From: an uncultured Gemmatimonadaceae bacterium
GTDB taxonomy: Bacteria > Gemmatimonadota > Gemmatimonadetes > Gemmatimonadales > Gemmatimonadaceae
Reading direction: 5' to 3'
DNA: 64,000 bases
Assembly: GCA_963751275.1 (NCBI GenBank)
Contig: CAVVTZ010000007.1
Location: 96,001 to 160,000 of the forward strand
The translations under genes and the position numbers were made by a program. Positions within the stretch are counted from its first letter, which is position 1. Each line of letters begins with the position of its first letter. The notes below the pieces were generated by a model. It did no database searches and was not told where the DNA came from. It saw only the letters and a program-made list of their open reading frames with translations. Positions 29,751 through 38,966 of this stretch are shown here, piece after piece.

Positions 29751-30101
29751 ATGGAAGTCCAGATCTTCGGCGTCAACAAGAGCGCTGACACACGCAAGGC
29801 ACTCCGCTTCTTCGCTGAACGACGGGTGAAGACACATTACGTGGACCTGACGAAGCGCGCGGCCGCCCTCGGTGAGCTGCGCCGGTTCGCGCAGAAATTC
29901 GGATTGACCGCGATGATCGACAAGGAATCGCGCCGGTATCAGGACCTCGGGTTGCAGCATTCGCGCTACTCGGATGACCACTGGCTGGGATTGCTGGCCG
30001 AAGAGCCCGGCTTGCTGCGGCTGCCGCTGGTGCGCCAACAACATCGCGTCACGATCGGCCTTGCCGAAGCGGAGTGGCAGCGCTGGCTCGATGAAGCCTG
30101 A
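29751..30101 (+). CDS. ArsC/Spx/YffB-family protein lacking cysteines
   Basis: QIFG..S.DTRKALRFF, EL..F, EPGLLRLPLV, TIG. Confidence 0.8.
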   Translation: MEVQIFGVNKSADTRKALRFFAERRVKTHYVDLTKRAAALGELRRFAQKFGLTAMIDKESRRYQDLGLQHSRYSDDHWLGLLAEEPGLLRLPLVRQQHRVTIGLAEAEWQRWLDEA

Positions 30102-30104
30102 GTG

Positions 30105-30292
30105 GCGCGTGTAGCTACGAGTACCGCTCGAGGAGCGCGTATAGCAACTGAGCGTATAGTACCACTCGGCGTGAGTGAGGGACCAACGCAATGCATTCGC
30201 CACAGGCGCGCGTGAGGCCAACTCGCGCCGAGGCGTACTATACGCTCCGTTGCCAGACGCGCCCCGCAAGCGGTACTAGTGCCTACACACGC
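30105..30292. repeat. Long imperfect inverted repeat (72-bp ungapped arms), candidate structured RNA or ssDNA element
   Basis: 30105-30176 aligns without gaps to the reverse complement of 30221-30292 at 59/72 positions. Confidence 0.85.
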
Positions 30293-30303
30293 TGGTAGGA
30301 AGT

Positions 30304-31227
30304 TCAGAACTCGCCTACGAATTTGATCTCGGGCTCGAGCGTGAAGCCGAACTTCGCCTTCACGGCGTCCTGCGCGATGGCGATGAGTTCCCGCACGTCC
30401 CGCGCGGTCGCGTGGCCGAGGTTCACGATGATGTTCGCGTGCAGGTGGGAGATCTGCGCATCGCCCACGCGGCGTCCCTTGAGCCCGCACTGATCCACGA
30501 GACGGCCGGCGCCCGCGCCGTCGATCTTCTGGAAGATGGACCCGGCGCTCGGATGCCAATCGAGCCAGGGATGCCGCGCTCCGCGCCACGCGAGGTTCTC
30601 CTGGAGCACGCGATGCATCACCGCCGGATCGCCGCGCGTGAGCGCGAATTCCGCGCGCAGCACGATGTCATCGCGGTGATGGAACACGCTGTCATCATAG
30701 CCGAACCGTACATAGTCCTTTCCGACGGTCCGTCGCGCGCCCTCTGCGCTCAGGATGTCGCAGGACGCGAACACCTCCTCGATGAATACGGTCCGGTCGC
30801 GCGCCGGCGCGGGTGACAAGAAATGCAGGTTCTGCCAGATCGCGCCGCCAACGGTGCTCGGGATCCCCACGAAATGTTCCAAGCCCGACCATCCGCGCTC
30901 CACGGCCCCAAGGATCAGCTCGCGCATCACGGCGCCGCTCTCGGCGATCACGTGCCCATCGCCCTGCCAGTCGATCGCCGAGGCGGCGTTCCGGATGACG
31001 AGACCCCGTACGCCGCGGTCGCCCACCAGGATGTTCGCGCCGAGTCCGAGTATGAAGTACGGTGTGCCGGTCTCGCGCGCGGCCATCACCGTCGCGGCCA
31101 GGTCGTCGGCTGAAGAGGCTTCGTAATAGAGATCCGCGGCGCCGCCGATGCGGAACGTGGTGTGGGGTCCCAGCGGTTCATTGCGGCGCAGGCGCCGGGG
31201 GTCGAGTCGCGCCGCGAGCCCGGTCAC
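30304..31227 (-). CDS. murB: UDP-N-acetylenolpyruvoylglucosamine reductase
   Basis: HTTFRIGG, GLGANIL, GIPSTVGGA, PSAGSIF, HANIIVN, LEPEI. Confidence 0.94.
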   Translation of the reverse strand: MTGLAARLDPRRLRRNEPLGPHTTFRIGGAADLYYEASSADDLAATVMAARETGTPYFILGLGANILVGDRGVRGLVIRNAASAIDWQGDGHVIAESGAVMRELILGAVERGWSGLEHFVGIPSTVGGAIWQNLHFLSPAPARDRTVFIEEVFASCDILSAEGARRTVGKDYVRFGYDDSVFHHRDDIVLRAEFALTRGDPAVMHRVLQENLAWRGARHPWLDWHPSAGSIFQKIDGAGAGRLVDQCGLKGRRVGDAQISHLHANIIVNLGHATARDVRELIAIAQDAVKAKFGFTLEPEIKFVGEF

Positions 31228-31916
31228 TTCTTGCGTTCCTTGCCCGGCGGATCCCGCTTCACCGGACGCGCGGCCACGGCCGGCGTCGCGCGGCGTGCGA
31301 GGACGCGCTGCACATCGGAGAGCGATCCACCCGCGGCGCGCAGCGCGACGAGCGCGTGATAGAGCAGGTCGGCAACCTCCTCAGTGGCGCGGGGCAGATC
31401 CCCATCGGCGCACGCGGAGATCAGCTCGCGCGCCTCCTCGCCCAGCTTGCGCAAGCGCAGATTCCGGTCCTCGAGCAGTTGCTCGGTGTAGCTCTCCGGC
31501 AGCGCCACCGCCGGCTTGTCGTCGTCCAGGCGATCGACCTCGGCGTTCGCGGCGCGGCCGGCGATGCTCGCATCGAGCGCGGAGAGCGCGTCGCCCATGG
31601 CTTCCGGCCCGACGAAACAGGACAGCGAACCGGTGTGGCACGCCGGCCCCTTCGGCACCACTCGCGCCAGCAGCACATCGCCATCGCAATCGGCCGCGAG
31701 CGACACGACGCGCTGGGTATGGCCGTTGCTCGCCCCTTTGTGCCACGCCCCGCGTGCCTCGGAGTAGTAGTGCATCTCGCCCGTCGACAGGGTGCGCTGC
31801 AACGCCTCACGGTCGAGTTGCGCGACCATGAGTACCATGCCGCTGGCCGCGTCCTGCGTCACGACCGTGACGACGCCGCCGTTCTTGTCGAAATCGAGCC
31901 CTGAGAGATCAAGCAT
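31224..31916 (-). CDS. hisIE: Bifunctional phosphoribosyl-AMP cyclohydrolase / phosphoribosyl-ATP pyrophosphatase
   Basis: WHKG..G, DCDGD, ACHTGSLSCF; SYT..L, KLGEEA.E, EVADLLYH. Confidence 0.92.
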   Translation of the reverse strand: MLDLSGLDFDKNGGVVTVVTQDAASGMVLMVAQLDREALQRTLSTGEMHYYSEARGAWHKGASNGHTQRVVSLAADCDGDVLLARVVPKGPACHTGSLSCFVGPEAMGDALSALDASIAGRAANAEVDRLDDDKPAVALPESYTEQLLEDRNLRLRKLGEEARELISACADGDLPRATEEVADLLYHALVALRAAGGSLSDVQRVLARRATPAVAARPVKRDPPGKERKK

Positions 31917-31961
31917 ATTGGTACTGAATGATGGGACGAAACGGCTGCAATGCACAGCCCA

Positions 31962-32666
31962 TCAGTCGCCGAACTCCTCTGCTACGAGACGCGCATCCAG
32001 GGCTCCGGAGTACAACGCGCGCCCCACGACCACGCCGAATATGCCGCGCTCCTGCATGGACCGCAGATCCTGCATCGCGCGGATCCCGCCGGCGAGCAGG
32101 ACCGGGTGGTGCGATGCGTTGGCGAGGTCGTCCAGGAGGAACAGATCGTCATGCGTGATCCGGTCGCCCCGGAACTCGGGCGCCAACAGCATCCCCGCGA
32201 GGGGAAGGTCGCCGAGCTCGTCGGCCAGGTCGAGCACGGTCTGCTCGGTCCGATGTTCGCCCGCATCCACGTAGCGGCCCCTCACGCGCGTCGCGACGAT
32301 GAGTTGGTCGGGGAAGGTCGCGGCGGTACCCGCAAGCCAATCCGGATCGGCGAGAGCGCGTCCGCCCAGGATCACGAACGCCGCGCCGTCCGCAAGCAAC
32401 TGCTGCACCTGATCGCCGCTGTTCACCCCGCCGCCCACCTGCGCGACGAGCGGGACCTCCGCGAGCAGATCGCGCACGATCTCCTTCCGCCCGCTCCGCG
32501 ACTCCGGACTGTCGAGGTCCATGAGGTGCAGGCGCCGGAAGCCGTGCCGCTCCCAGACATGCGCGGCATTGATCGGATCGTCGGAACGAATGTCCGCGGC
32601 GAGGGGCATGGCAGCGGCCTGCGTGCAGACCCCGGCGCGCAGGTCGAGAGCGGGGATGACGATCAT
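31962..32666 (-). CDS. HisA-like TIM-barrel protein (divergent)
   Basis: IPALDL, LHLMDLD, QVGGGV, AGGI, VVVGRALYSG; central catalytic motifs altered. Confidence 0.78.
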   Translation of the reverse strand: MIVIPALDLRAGVCTQAAAMPLAADIRSDDPINAAHVWERHGFRRLHLMDLDSPESRSGRKEIVRDLLAEVPLVAQVGGGVNSGDQVQQLLADGAAFVILGGRALADPDWLAGTAATFPDQLIVATRVRGRYVDAGEHRTEQTVLDLADELGDLPLAGMLLAPEFRGDRITHDDLFLLDDLANASHHPVLLAGGIRAMQDLRSMQERGIFGVVVGRALYSGALDARLVAEEFGD

Positions 32667-33331
32667 TCGCCCGAGTGCCCGCTCGCGTCGGGAGCGGCGT
32701 GCTCCCGCGCGATCTCGAAGATGCAGCGCGCGCGATCACCGTGCGCGCAGCGATGACGCACGGGCGCCGACACGATCTCGGAGACGAACGCTTCGAGAAT
32801 GCCGCACGCGGCCAGATGATCGCCGGTCATCGCGGCGAGTGGGCAGCCTTCGCTCATGAGCACGAACGCCGCTGGCTGCTCGGTGACCTGCGCAGCGCCG
32901 CCAAGTTCCGTGAGCGCGGTGGCGGCATCGCTGATCCGGGCGCGGAGGCGCGCGCTGGTCGTGCGATGACTGCGGGCGAGTCGCCGGCCGGTGCTGCGCA
33001 GCAATCCGGCGACTTCGTGGGGCGGGAGCCGTTCCTGCAGCGCCTCGAGGAGATGGAGCGCCGCGGGCGCGTACGCGCTCGACAGGAAGACGCCGGCGGA
33101 TTCCGCGATGCGGTATGCGTGAGCGGGCTTGCCCGGTGATGCGCGATGGACAGTGAGTCGCTCAAGGATCCCATCGCGCTCGAGGAGTGCGAGATGCGTC
33201 CGCACTGCTGAGGGTGCGATGGCGAGGGTGCGCGCGAGCTGCTCGACCGTCCTCGGCTCGCGTTGGAGTTCGGCGAGGATCGAGGTTCGGGTAGCGCCGA
33301 GTGAGCGTTGGAGCCAGAGGGGGATGGACAA
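32663..33331 (-). CDS. SufR-like/ArsR-type HTH regulator with C-terminal Cys ligands
   Basis: TVEQLARTLAIAPSAVRTHLALLERDG, GKPAHAY; GCPL..AC..C..GD..C. Confidence 0.83.
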   Translation of the reverse strand: MSIPLWLQRSLGATRTSILAELQREPRTVEQLARTLAIAPSAVRTHLALLERDGILERLTVHRASPGKPAHAYRIAESAGVFLSSAYAPAALHLLEALQERLPPHEVAGLLRSTGRRLARSHRTTSARLRARISDAATALTELGGAAQVTEQPAAFVLMSEGCPLAAMTGDHLAACGILEAFVSEIVSAPVRHRCAHGDRARCIFEIAREHAAPDASGHSGE

Positions 33332-33435
33332 TTCAGAGTGGGCAGTGGGCCTGGAGCGTATATATAGTACGGAGTCGTATTGAATACAATTAAAACATTA
33401 ATTACAGTTATAATAAGCTAATTGCACCATTGAAC

Positions 33436-33563
33436 AGAACAACAACTGCTTGGACAGGATTACGAGATGAGAAGCAGGATGAACGGGATGACGACGTCGC
33501 CACGGCGGTTTCATCCTGAACATCCGAGTCTCATCCTGCAATCCTGTCAAAGGGGTTTGTTCT
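33436..33563. repeat. Palindromic REP/MITE-like element built from (CA)GGAT / ATCC(TG) units
   Basis: TTGGACAGGAT..GCAGGATGAACGGGATGA mirrored by TCATCCTGAACATCC..TCATCCTGCAATCCTGTCAA; outer AGAACAA/TTGTTCT. Confidence 0.75.
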
Positions 33564-33651
33564 CTGACTCGTCCTGCCGCCGGATCCGACACGCCTCGCG
33601 GTGTAGCTGAACGGTCGCTGAGCTCATAACAGCAATTGTCTTCGGCGGGAT

Positions 33652-33669
33652 ATGTGAATAAATTCACAA
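33652..33669. promoter_or_regulatory. Rex-type (also CRP-type) operator upstream of blue copper gene
   Basis: ATGTGAATAAATTCACAA: one mismatch to TTGTGAA-N4-TTCACAA, perfect TGTGA-N6-TCACA. Confidence 0.7.
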
Positions 33670-33733
33670 CTCTCCGCGGATCTCCGCGGAGCATTCATCA
33701 AGACATCGCACTCCAGCCCGGAGATCCAACGCA

Positions 33734-34246
33734 ATGAAGCTCAATAGCCTCGTACTCATCGCGAGCATCGTCGCGCTCGGCGCCTGCGCCGGCTCTGAGA
33801 AGAGCGCTGCGAAGACTGACAGCACTGCCGCGCCTGTTGCCGCACCTGCTGCCGCACCTGCGGCGGCCCCGGCTGCCGGCGCGACCGCAGCCGCGCCGGT
33901 CACCGGCAAGACGGTCGATGTGAACATGCAGCTCGATGGCACGACGTACCACTTCGTTCCGAACACGATCACCGTGAAGGCCGGTGATGCGATCCGCTTC
34001 CACAATGTGAGCGGCGGCCCGCACAACTTCGGCTTCGATGCTACGACGATCCCTGCGAATGTGCAGACCCTTCTCGCCGCGAACATGCCGGGCGATCACA
34101 GCATGGGCCCGCTGGAAGGTCCGCTCCTGCTCCAGCCGAACGAGACGTACACGGTGTCTTTCGCGAACGTTCCCCCTGGCACGTATGCGTTCCATTGCTT
34201 CCCGCATCTCGCGCTGGGCATGAAGGGCACGATCACGGTCCAGTAG
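33734..34246 (+). CDS. Blue (type 1) copper lipoprotein, plastocyanin/azurin family
   Basis: Lipobox LGAC, Ala/Pro linker, PHN and HCFPHLALGM copper ligands. Confidence 0.92.
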   Translation: MKLNSLVLIASIVALGACAGSEKSAAKTDSTAAPVAAPAAAPAAAPAAGATAAAPVTGKTVDVNMQLDGTTYHFVPNTITVKAGDAIRFHNVSGGPHNFGFDATTIPANVQTLLAANMPGDHSMGPLEGPLLLQPNETYTVSFANVPPGTYAFHCFPHLALGMKGTITVQ

Positions 34247-34267
34247 TCGCTGGGCAGTTCAACACGC

Positions 34268-34313
34268 GAACGAAAAGAGCCCGGGTGCGGTATCGCACCC
34301 GGGCTCTTCGTTC
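34268..34313. terminator. Bidirectional terminator hairpin
   Basis: AAGAGCCCGGGTGCG-GTAT-CGCACCCGGGCTCTT between convergent genes. Confidence 0.8.
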
Positions 34314-34325
34314 ATGCCTGCCGTG

Positions 34326-36375
34326 CTAGATCTTCGGAAGCGGCGGCGGCGGTGGCGGCGGCGGTGGCGGCTTCGGAAGCGGCGGTGGCGGTGGCGGCTT
34401 CGGCACCGGCGGCGGCGGTGGTGGCGCCGGCTTCGGCGGCGGACCAGGCGGCGCCGGCGGGGGCGGCGGCGGCGGCTTGTACAGCGCCACGAGCGACACC
34501 GGCGTCGAAATGCGGTAGTACGGGTGGATGTCGGCGTTCACCGGATCCATTTCGTACGTGCGGTTCGCCGTGAAGCGGCCCGTCGTAGGGAAGTACGGCG
34601 GCGGTAGGGTGAGTCCGCACGTGTTGAACGCGTAGCGCTTGATGTAGCCGTACACGCCCTGGGTCTGGCCGGCGTTGAGCGTGCCGACCGATCCGCGCGT
34701 TCCCTGAATGATACCGCCCGTTAGGTAGAGGCAGCCGCGGCCCGCCGAGTCGGCGCCGCAGGACTCGCCCTGCGCGACACCGGAGTTGTAGTTCTCGACC
34801 ACGAATCCGCCGAGCGCAAGGATCGTTGCTTGCACGATCTCGTCCTGCGTCGCAGACAAATGCAACACGGTATCCGGTGAGGATCCGAGCATTCTGCGGT
34901 GAATTCAGCAGATTGTCAGCCATCACGACATTGGCGCCGGAGAAGAGACCCAAATAGTCGGCGCAATCGCTCGCCGCATTGTCCTGCAGCGTCACGTCGT
35001 CGGCGATCACGATGTCGTACGGCGACGCGAGCGTGAACCGCCCGCGCACCTTGCCACTGATCGCGACCTTGCCGTCCACGAAGATGACGCCCTTGAAGTT
35101 CGGATTGAGCGTGTGGCTGAGGGGCCAGAGATACGCGCTGTCCGCGCGGTTGATACCGGTAGCGCCCAGCCTCGGATCGATCGGCATCGGCGACTTCTTC
35201 CACGCGCCGTGGGACGGCACCGAATCCATGAACACGCCCTTGTTCCCGCCAGTGGTGTTGAGCATCGGATCGCCGCCGAGATAGCACTTGCCGCGTCCTG
35301 CGACCTTGTTCAGCACCGCTCGCCGCGCTGGGAGGCTGGCCCCTGCCTGGCTGACCAACTCGAACGTCGCGCTCCCGGTGTCCGCACCACAATTGTCGTT
35401 CACGCGCGTGCTCCAGTTCGTCACGCCCGCGAGATTCACGTTGCCGGTATTAGCAGCAACCGTGTACTGCGCCTTCGCGGCGGTGGACGGCGCGTCCACC
35501 TGCCAGACCCGCATGAAGCCCTCGTCATCGTCGCTCGAGTCGCCATCCTGATTCAGGTCGAGGGCGAGGAACTCGATGCGCGTGGTCGCTTCTCCCTGCG
35601 CGCCCACATTGTCGCCAAGGATCGACGTGCTGCCGACCACCGCCAATCCCTTGAGTTGAGTCAGAAGCGTGGTCGACGGCATCTTGATCACGGGCACTTT
35701 CTGTGTCACGCCCTTGTCGAAGATGCCATTTGGTTTGTTGATGACGGTCTGGGCCGTGGTCACCTTGTCGTGGAACTCGGCACCGGACGCCGCGATGCGG
35801 ATGAAGTCGTTCGAATGAACGGGGCCGAAGATCTGGTCGCCGCCGCCGAAGTAGATGCCGGCTTCATTGTTGGAGAAGTACGCGTACTTCGCGAAGGTGT
35901 CCTGGAAGATCGTGCCGCGGTGGTAGACGACGTTGCCGTAGTCGTCTTCGACCTTGGCGATGATCGTCCCGAAGATCCCGAACTCGCCGGTCGTGCTGAA
36001 GCTCGGACCGGCCCACGTGGTGCGATAGACGTGCGGGATGATCGTCCCGTTGGCGTCCTTCACCGGCACGTGCGTCTCGAGCTGGATCTCGCCGCTGTCC
36101 AGGAAGAACGCGGGATCGCCCGGGTGCGTGTTGACGAGGTTGCGGATCTCCTCGACGGCCGCCTCAGCGGCGTCGTAGAGGACCACCGATCGCTCGCTGT
36201 TCTTGGCGATCAGCCGGGCGTTGAGCGTCGTGGTCGATGCGACGACGATGATGGCCATCACGGCCAGCATCACCAATAGCACCGCCATCAACGCGGCGCC
36301 GCGACGCTTCGTCGTGGGACGCGCTGCTTTCATGGGTCGTACCTCCGCGGACGTGTGCTGCGACAGGGTCTTCAT
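34326..36375 (-). CDS. Large PilX-like minor pilin with poly-Pro tail (frameshift near 34893)
   Basis: RRG|AALMAVLLVM (no Glu5), YDAAEAAVE, FAKYAYF, GPVHSN; C-terminus GGIIQ..PPPYFP..PPPP in shifted frame. Confidence 0.75.
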
Positions 36376-37523
36376 GGGTTGGTTCCCTTGATCCAGACGG
36401 TACCGGCCGACACGACGGCATCCGAGTACGACGGGGTGCAATCCTGTGCCGCTACTGCATACTGCCACTCGACCTTGCCGGTGTCCTGTGGCGGCGCATC
36501 GAGGAACGTATATGCCGGTGGAGCGCCCGACGGGATCGAAACGAAGGGAGAATTCCACACGGAATCGCCTACCCGCCGGCGCCAGAGCAGATAGCTCATG
36601 ATGTCGCGCTCGCCGCCCGTCTCATCGCCGTCCGCGGTCCATTGGACGTTCACATTGAGGCTGTCCGCGCTCGAGATCGTCGGTGCCGACATTGACACGG
36701 GATCATTACCGCACGTCTCCAGCCCGCGATTGCCCATGTTGGGGAAGGGCGCGATGAGCGACATCGGGCGCGTGCGTTCGGCGGGTCCGGTGAGTCCGTT
36801 CGTGACGATGTAGCTCACGATCACGGCGCGCAGATTCGTGATCAGGCGCGTCTTCACGGTGTCGCTCGTGAAGTCGAACTCGAGCGGCAGGGAGCCCGTC
36901 TTGATGGTATCGATGCTCTTCAGGTTCGCGGAATCCTTCAGATACATGTACTGGAAGAAGGGCACCGTGTCCTGCAGGATGTTCCGCACGACGGCTTCCG
37001 GCGGCGAGTTGTTCACCTGGCGGAAGAGCACGTAGTCGTCGGAGCGCGCGGTCTCCGTGTCGGGCGCGAACCAGAAGGTGATCATCTCCGCCGGGCTCAT
37101 GTGGACCGAGTCGGATTTGTAGTCGAAGTTCGGATAGACCAGCGAACTGCCGCCCGGCACCGTGATCTGATTGGAGACCGTGATCGCATCGACCTCATTG
37201 GCCGGCGCGTTCGGCGTATAGTAGATGGCGTTGTGGTCGCCGACGGTGTTCGATGCATAGTCGGCGTTGAAAGAGAACGAATTCGCATCCGCGTAGATGA
37301 TCGGCGGCTGCCCTTCGATCGTATTCGCGCCCACCGACCGGAAGTGCTGATTGAGCAGGTCGGCGCCGAACCGGAGGTTCTGCAGGAGCGTCACATTGCT
37401 CGCACCGCGGCGGAACGACTTGGACTGGCCGATGAAGAAGTTCATCGCCGCGCCCATCACGACCCCCATGATGACGATCGCAATGAGCAGCTCGAGCAGC
37501 GACATGGCACGGCGGTTGCGCAT
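36372..37523 (-). CDS. PilW-like minor pilin with C-terminal Fn3-like domain
   Basis: RRA|MSLLELLIAIVIMG; QNLR; W..D..Y.LWRR..YAVAAQD. Confidence 0.78.
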   Translation of the reverse strand: MRNRRAMSLLELLIAIVIMGVVMGAAMNFFIGQSKSFRRGASNVTLLQNLRFGADLLNQHFRSVGANTIEGQPPIIYADANSFSFNADYASNTVGDHNAIYYTPNAPANEVDAITVSNQITVPGGSSLVYPNFDYKSDSVHMSPAEMITFWFAPDTETARSDDYVLFRQVNNSPPEAVVRNILQDTVPFFQYMYLKDSANLKSIDTIKTGSLPLEFDFTSDTVKTRLITNLRAVIVSYIVTNGLTGPAERTRPMSLIAPFPNMGNRGLETCGNDPVSMSAPTISSADSLNVNVQWTADGDETGGERDIMSYLLWRRRVGDSVWNSPFVSIPSGAPPAYTFLDAPPQDTGKVEWQYAVAAQDCTPSYSDAVVSAGTVWIKGTNP

Positions 37524-37534
37524 GGGAGTCGGCC

Positions 37535-37951
37535 TCAGAACGCAGCGATGGAGATCGACCGGGTCACCGGCGCCGTAAGCGTCGGTGCACTGACGGTGAC
37601 CGTCACGTGGGTGACATCATTGTTCGGGCACGGCGGCGTGGTCGGTGCATTGCAGCCCGTGGTCACGCTGGTGTCGCGTTTCACGACCGTGGTCCGCGTC
37701 CAGCCGGGTTCAGGGTAGTTCGCCTGCACCCCGTCGAAGTTGATGATCGCGGCGTAATCAGGCCATCCGCGGATCTCCGCGATCCGCGTGTCGGCCGACG
37801 TGGATGCACGCACGCGGCTATAGTCGATCGTCGTTTCGTGCATGAACGTGATGGTCGTGCTCGCCAGTCCCATCACGATCACGCTGAGGATGACCAGCGC
37901 GACCATGATCTCGGCAAGCGAGAAGCCGCGGCGGTTAGCAGTCAGTCGCAT
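37535..37951 (-). CDS. PilV-like minor pilin
   Basis: RRG|FSLAEIMVALVIL; VTVTVS. Confidence 0.8.
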   Translation of the reverse strand: MRLTANRRGFSLAEIMVALVILSVIVMGLASTTITFMHETTIDYSRVRASTSADTRIAEIRGWPDYAAIINFDGVQANYPEPGWTRTTVVKRDTSVTTGCNAPTTPPCPNNDVTHVTVTVSAPTLTAPVTRSISIAAF

Positions 37952-38535
37952 CAGAAGCCTCGGATCCAGGTGGAACCATCGTAGTGCCACCATTCGGCGC
38001 GCCCGGTGGCGCGTTCGACGTGGATGGCGCGCACGTCCCTCACGTACGCTGCATCGGTCTGCGCCCGCGTGGATGCCAGATAGATCCCGCGGGATTCGCT
38101 CGCACTGCCGTTCCGATAGAACGTCACGGCCGGGAGACCGGTGGATCCCTCGGTGCCGGTGAAGCTGATCGCACTGGCACCCCACGCGAGCGGACTCGCG
38201 AAGCCAAGGCCGTACCGGACCCGATCGCCCAAGTAGATCGAACGCACGGGCTCGCCCGGATCCAGCTGCCCGTTGTTGTTCGCATCGCCGATGATGCGCA
38301 AGTTGTTGTTCCCGGGGTCGAACACGATGATGACGTCGTATTGTTTCGCGATTGCCTGGCGCTGCGCCGAGATGAACGCCGTGCCGACGACCTGCTGGTC
38401 ACCGTTGATCTGATAGCGCGCGACGTCCACCTTCCACACGGCGAAGCCGAGCAGGATGCTGATGAGCGTGATCACGATCATGAGCTCGATCAGCGTGAAG
38501 CCTTGGTGCGCCGACGTGCGTTGCAATGGCCTCAT
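37951..38535 (-). CDS. FimT/GspH-like minor pilin
   Basis: HQG|FTLIELMIVITLISIL; AQRQAI; F..NG.A; TGR. Confidence 0.82.
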   Translation of the reverse strand: MRPLQRTSAHQGFTLIELMIVITLISILLGFAVWKVDVARYQINGDQQVVGTAFISAQRQAIAKQYDVIIVFDPGNNNLRIIGDANNNGQLDPGEPVRSIYLGDRVRYGLGFASPLAWGASAISFTGTEGSTGLPAVTFYRNGSASESRGIYLASTRAQTDAAYVRDVRAIHVERATGRAEWWHYDGSTWIRGF

Positions 38536-38966
38536 GGCGTGCGGAGCTCCGTCAGAAAGCATAATCCAGGGGAAGCGAAATCACCCGGGCTTCCCCGGGC
38601 GATGGGTTCTAATGCACGAACCATGCGCCGATTCTAGCAGACCGGCCGATTGTAACTATTTATGGCGTTAACTAGAAGGCGAGCGCTCCGTCCCGACGTT
38701 AGTGATACAAAATATTACATTTCTTTGTAGAGTAGGCGAAAATAGCTCACCAGGGAAGTGGCCACCGTTATGTGGATGCATCATTACTAGCGCGAACGTC
38801 ATTCGATCTCTCACCGTCCTAGGCCGCAACTCGCCAAGAGCTATTAGAAAATGCTATAGTTTTACACGTTCCCGCAAGAAAGTTGCAAAAAGCTGCCGAG
38901 GTCTGGAGTGAGGTAATCAGCTCCCTTATTTCCCTGGTGGTACCGTCAGGGTAAGTTGTCGCAACG

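Noticed and set aside
30105..30292. DGR template/variable repeat or integron attC interpretation of the long hairpin
   Set aside because: Mismatches are not adenine-specific, there are no extrahelical bulges or attC core sites, and no RT or integrase is in the window
33380..33393. FNR-like TTGAA-N4-ATTAA
   Set aside because: Two mismatches within a very AT-rich tract; chance match likely
34330..34480. GGC/GGT repeat tract resembling a microsatellite or array
   Set aside because: Encodes the poly-proline tail on the minus strand; no repeat-spacer structure
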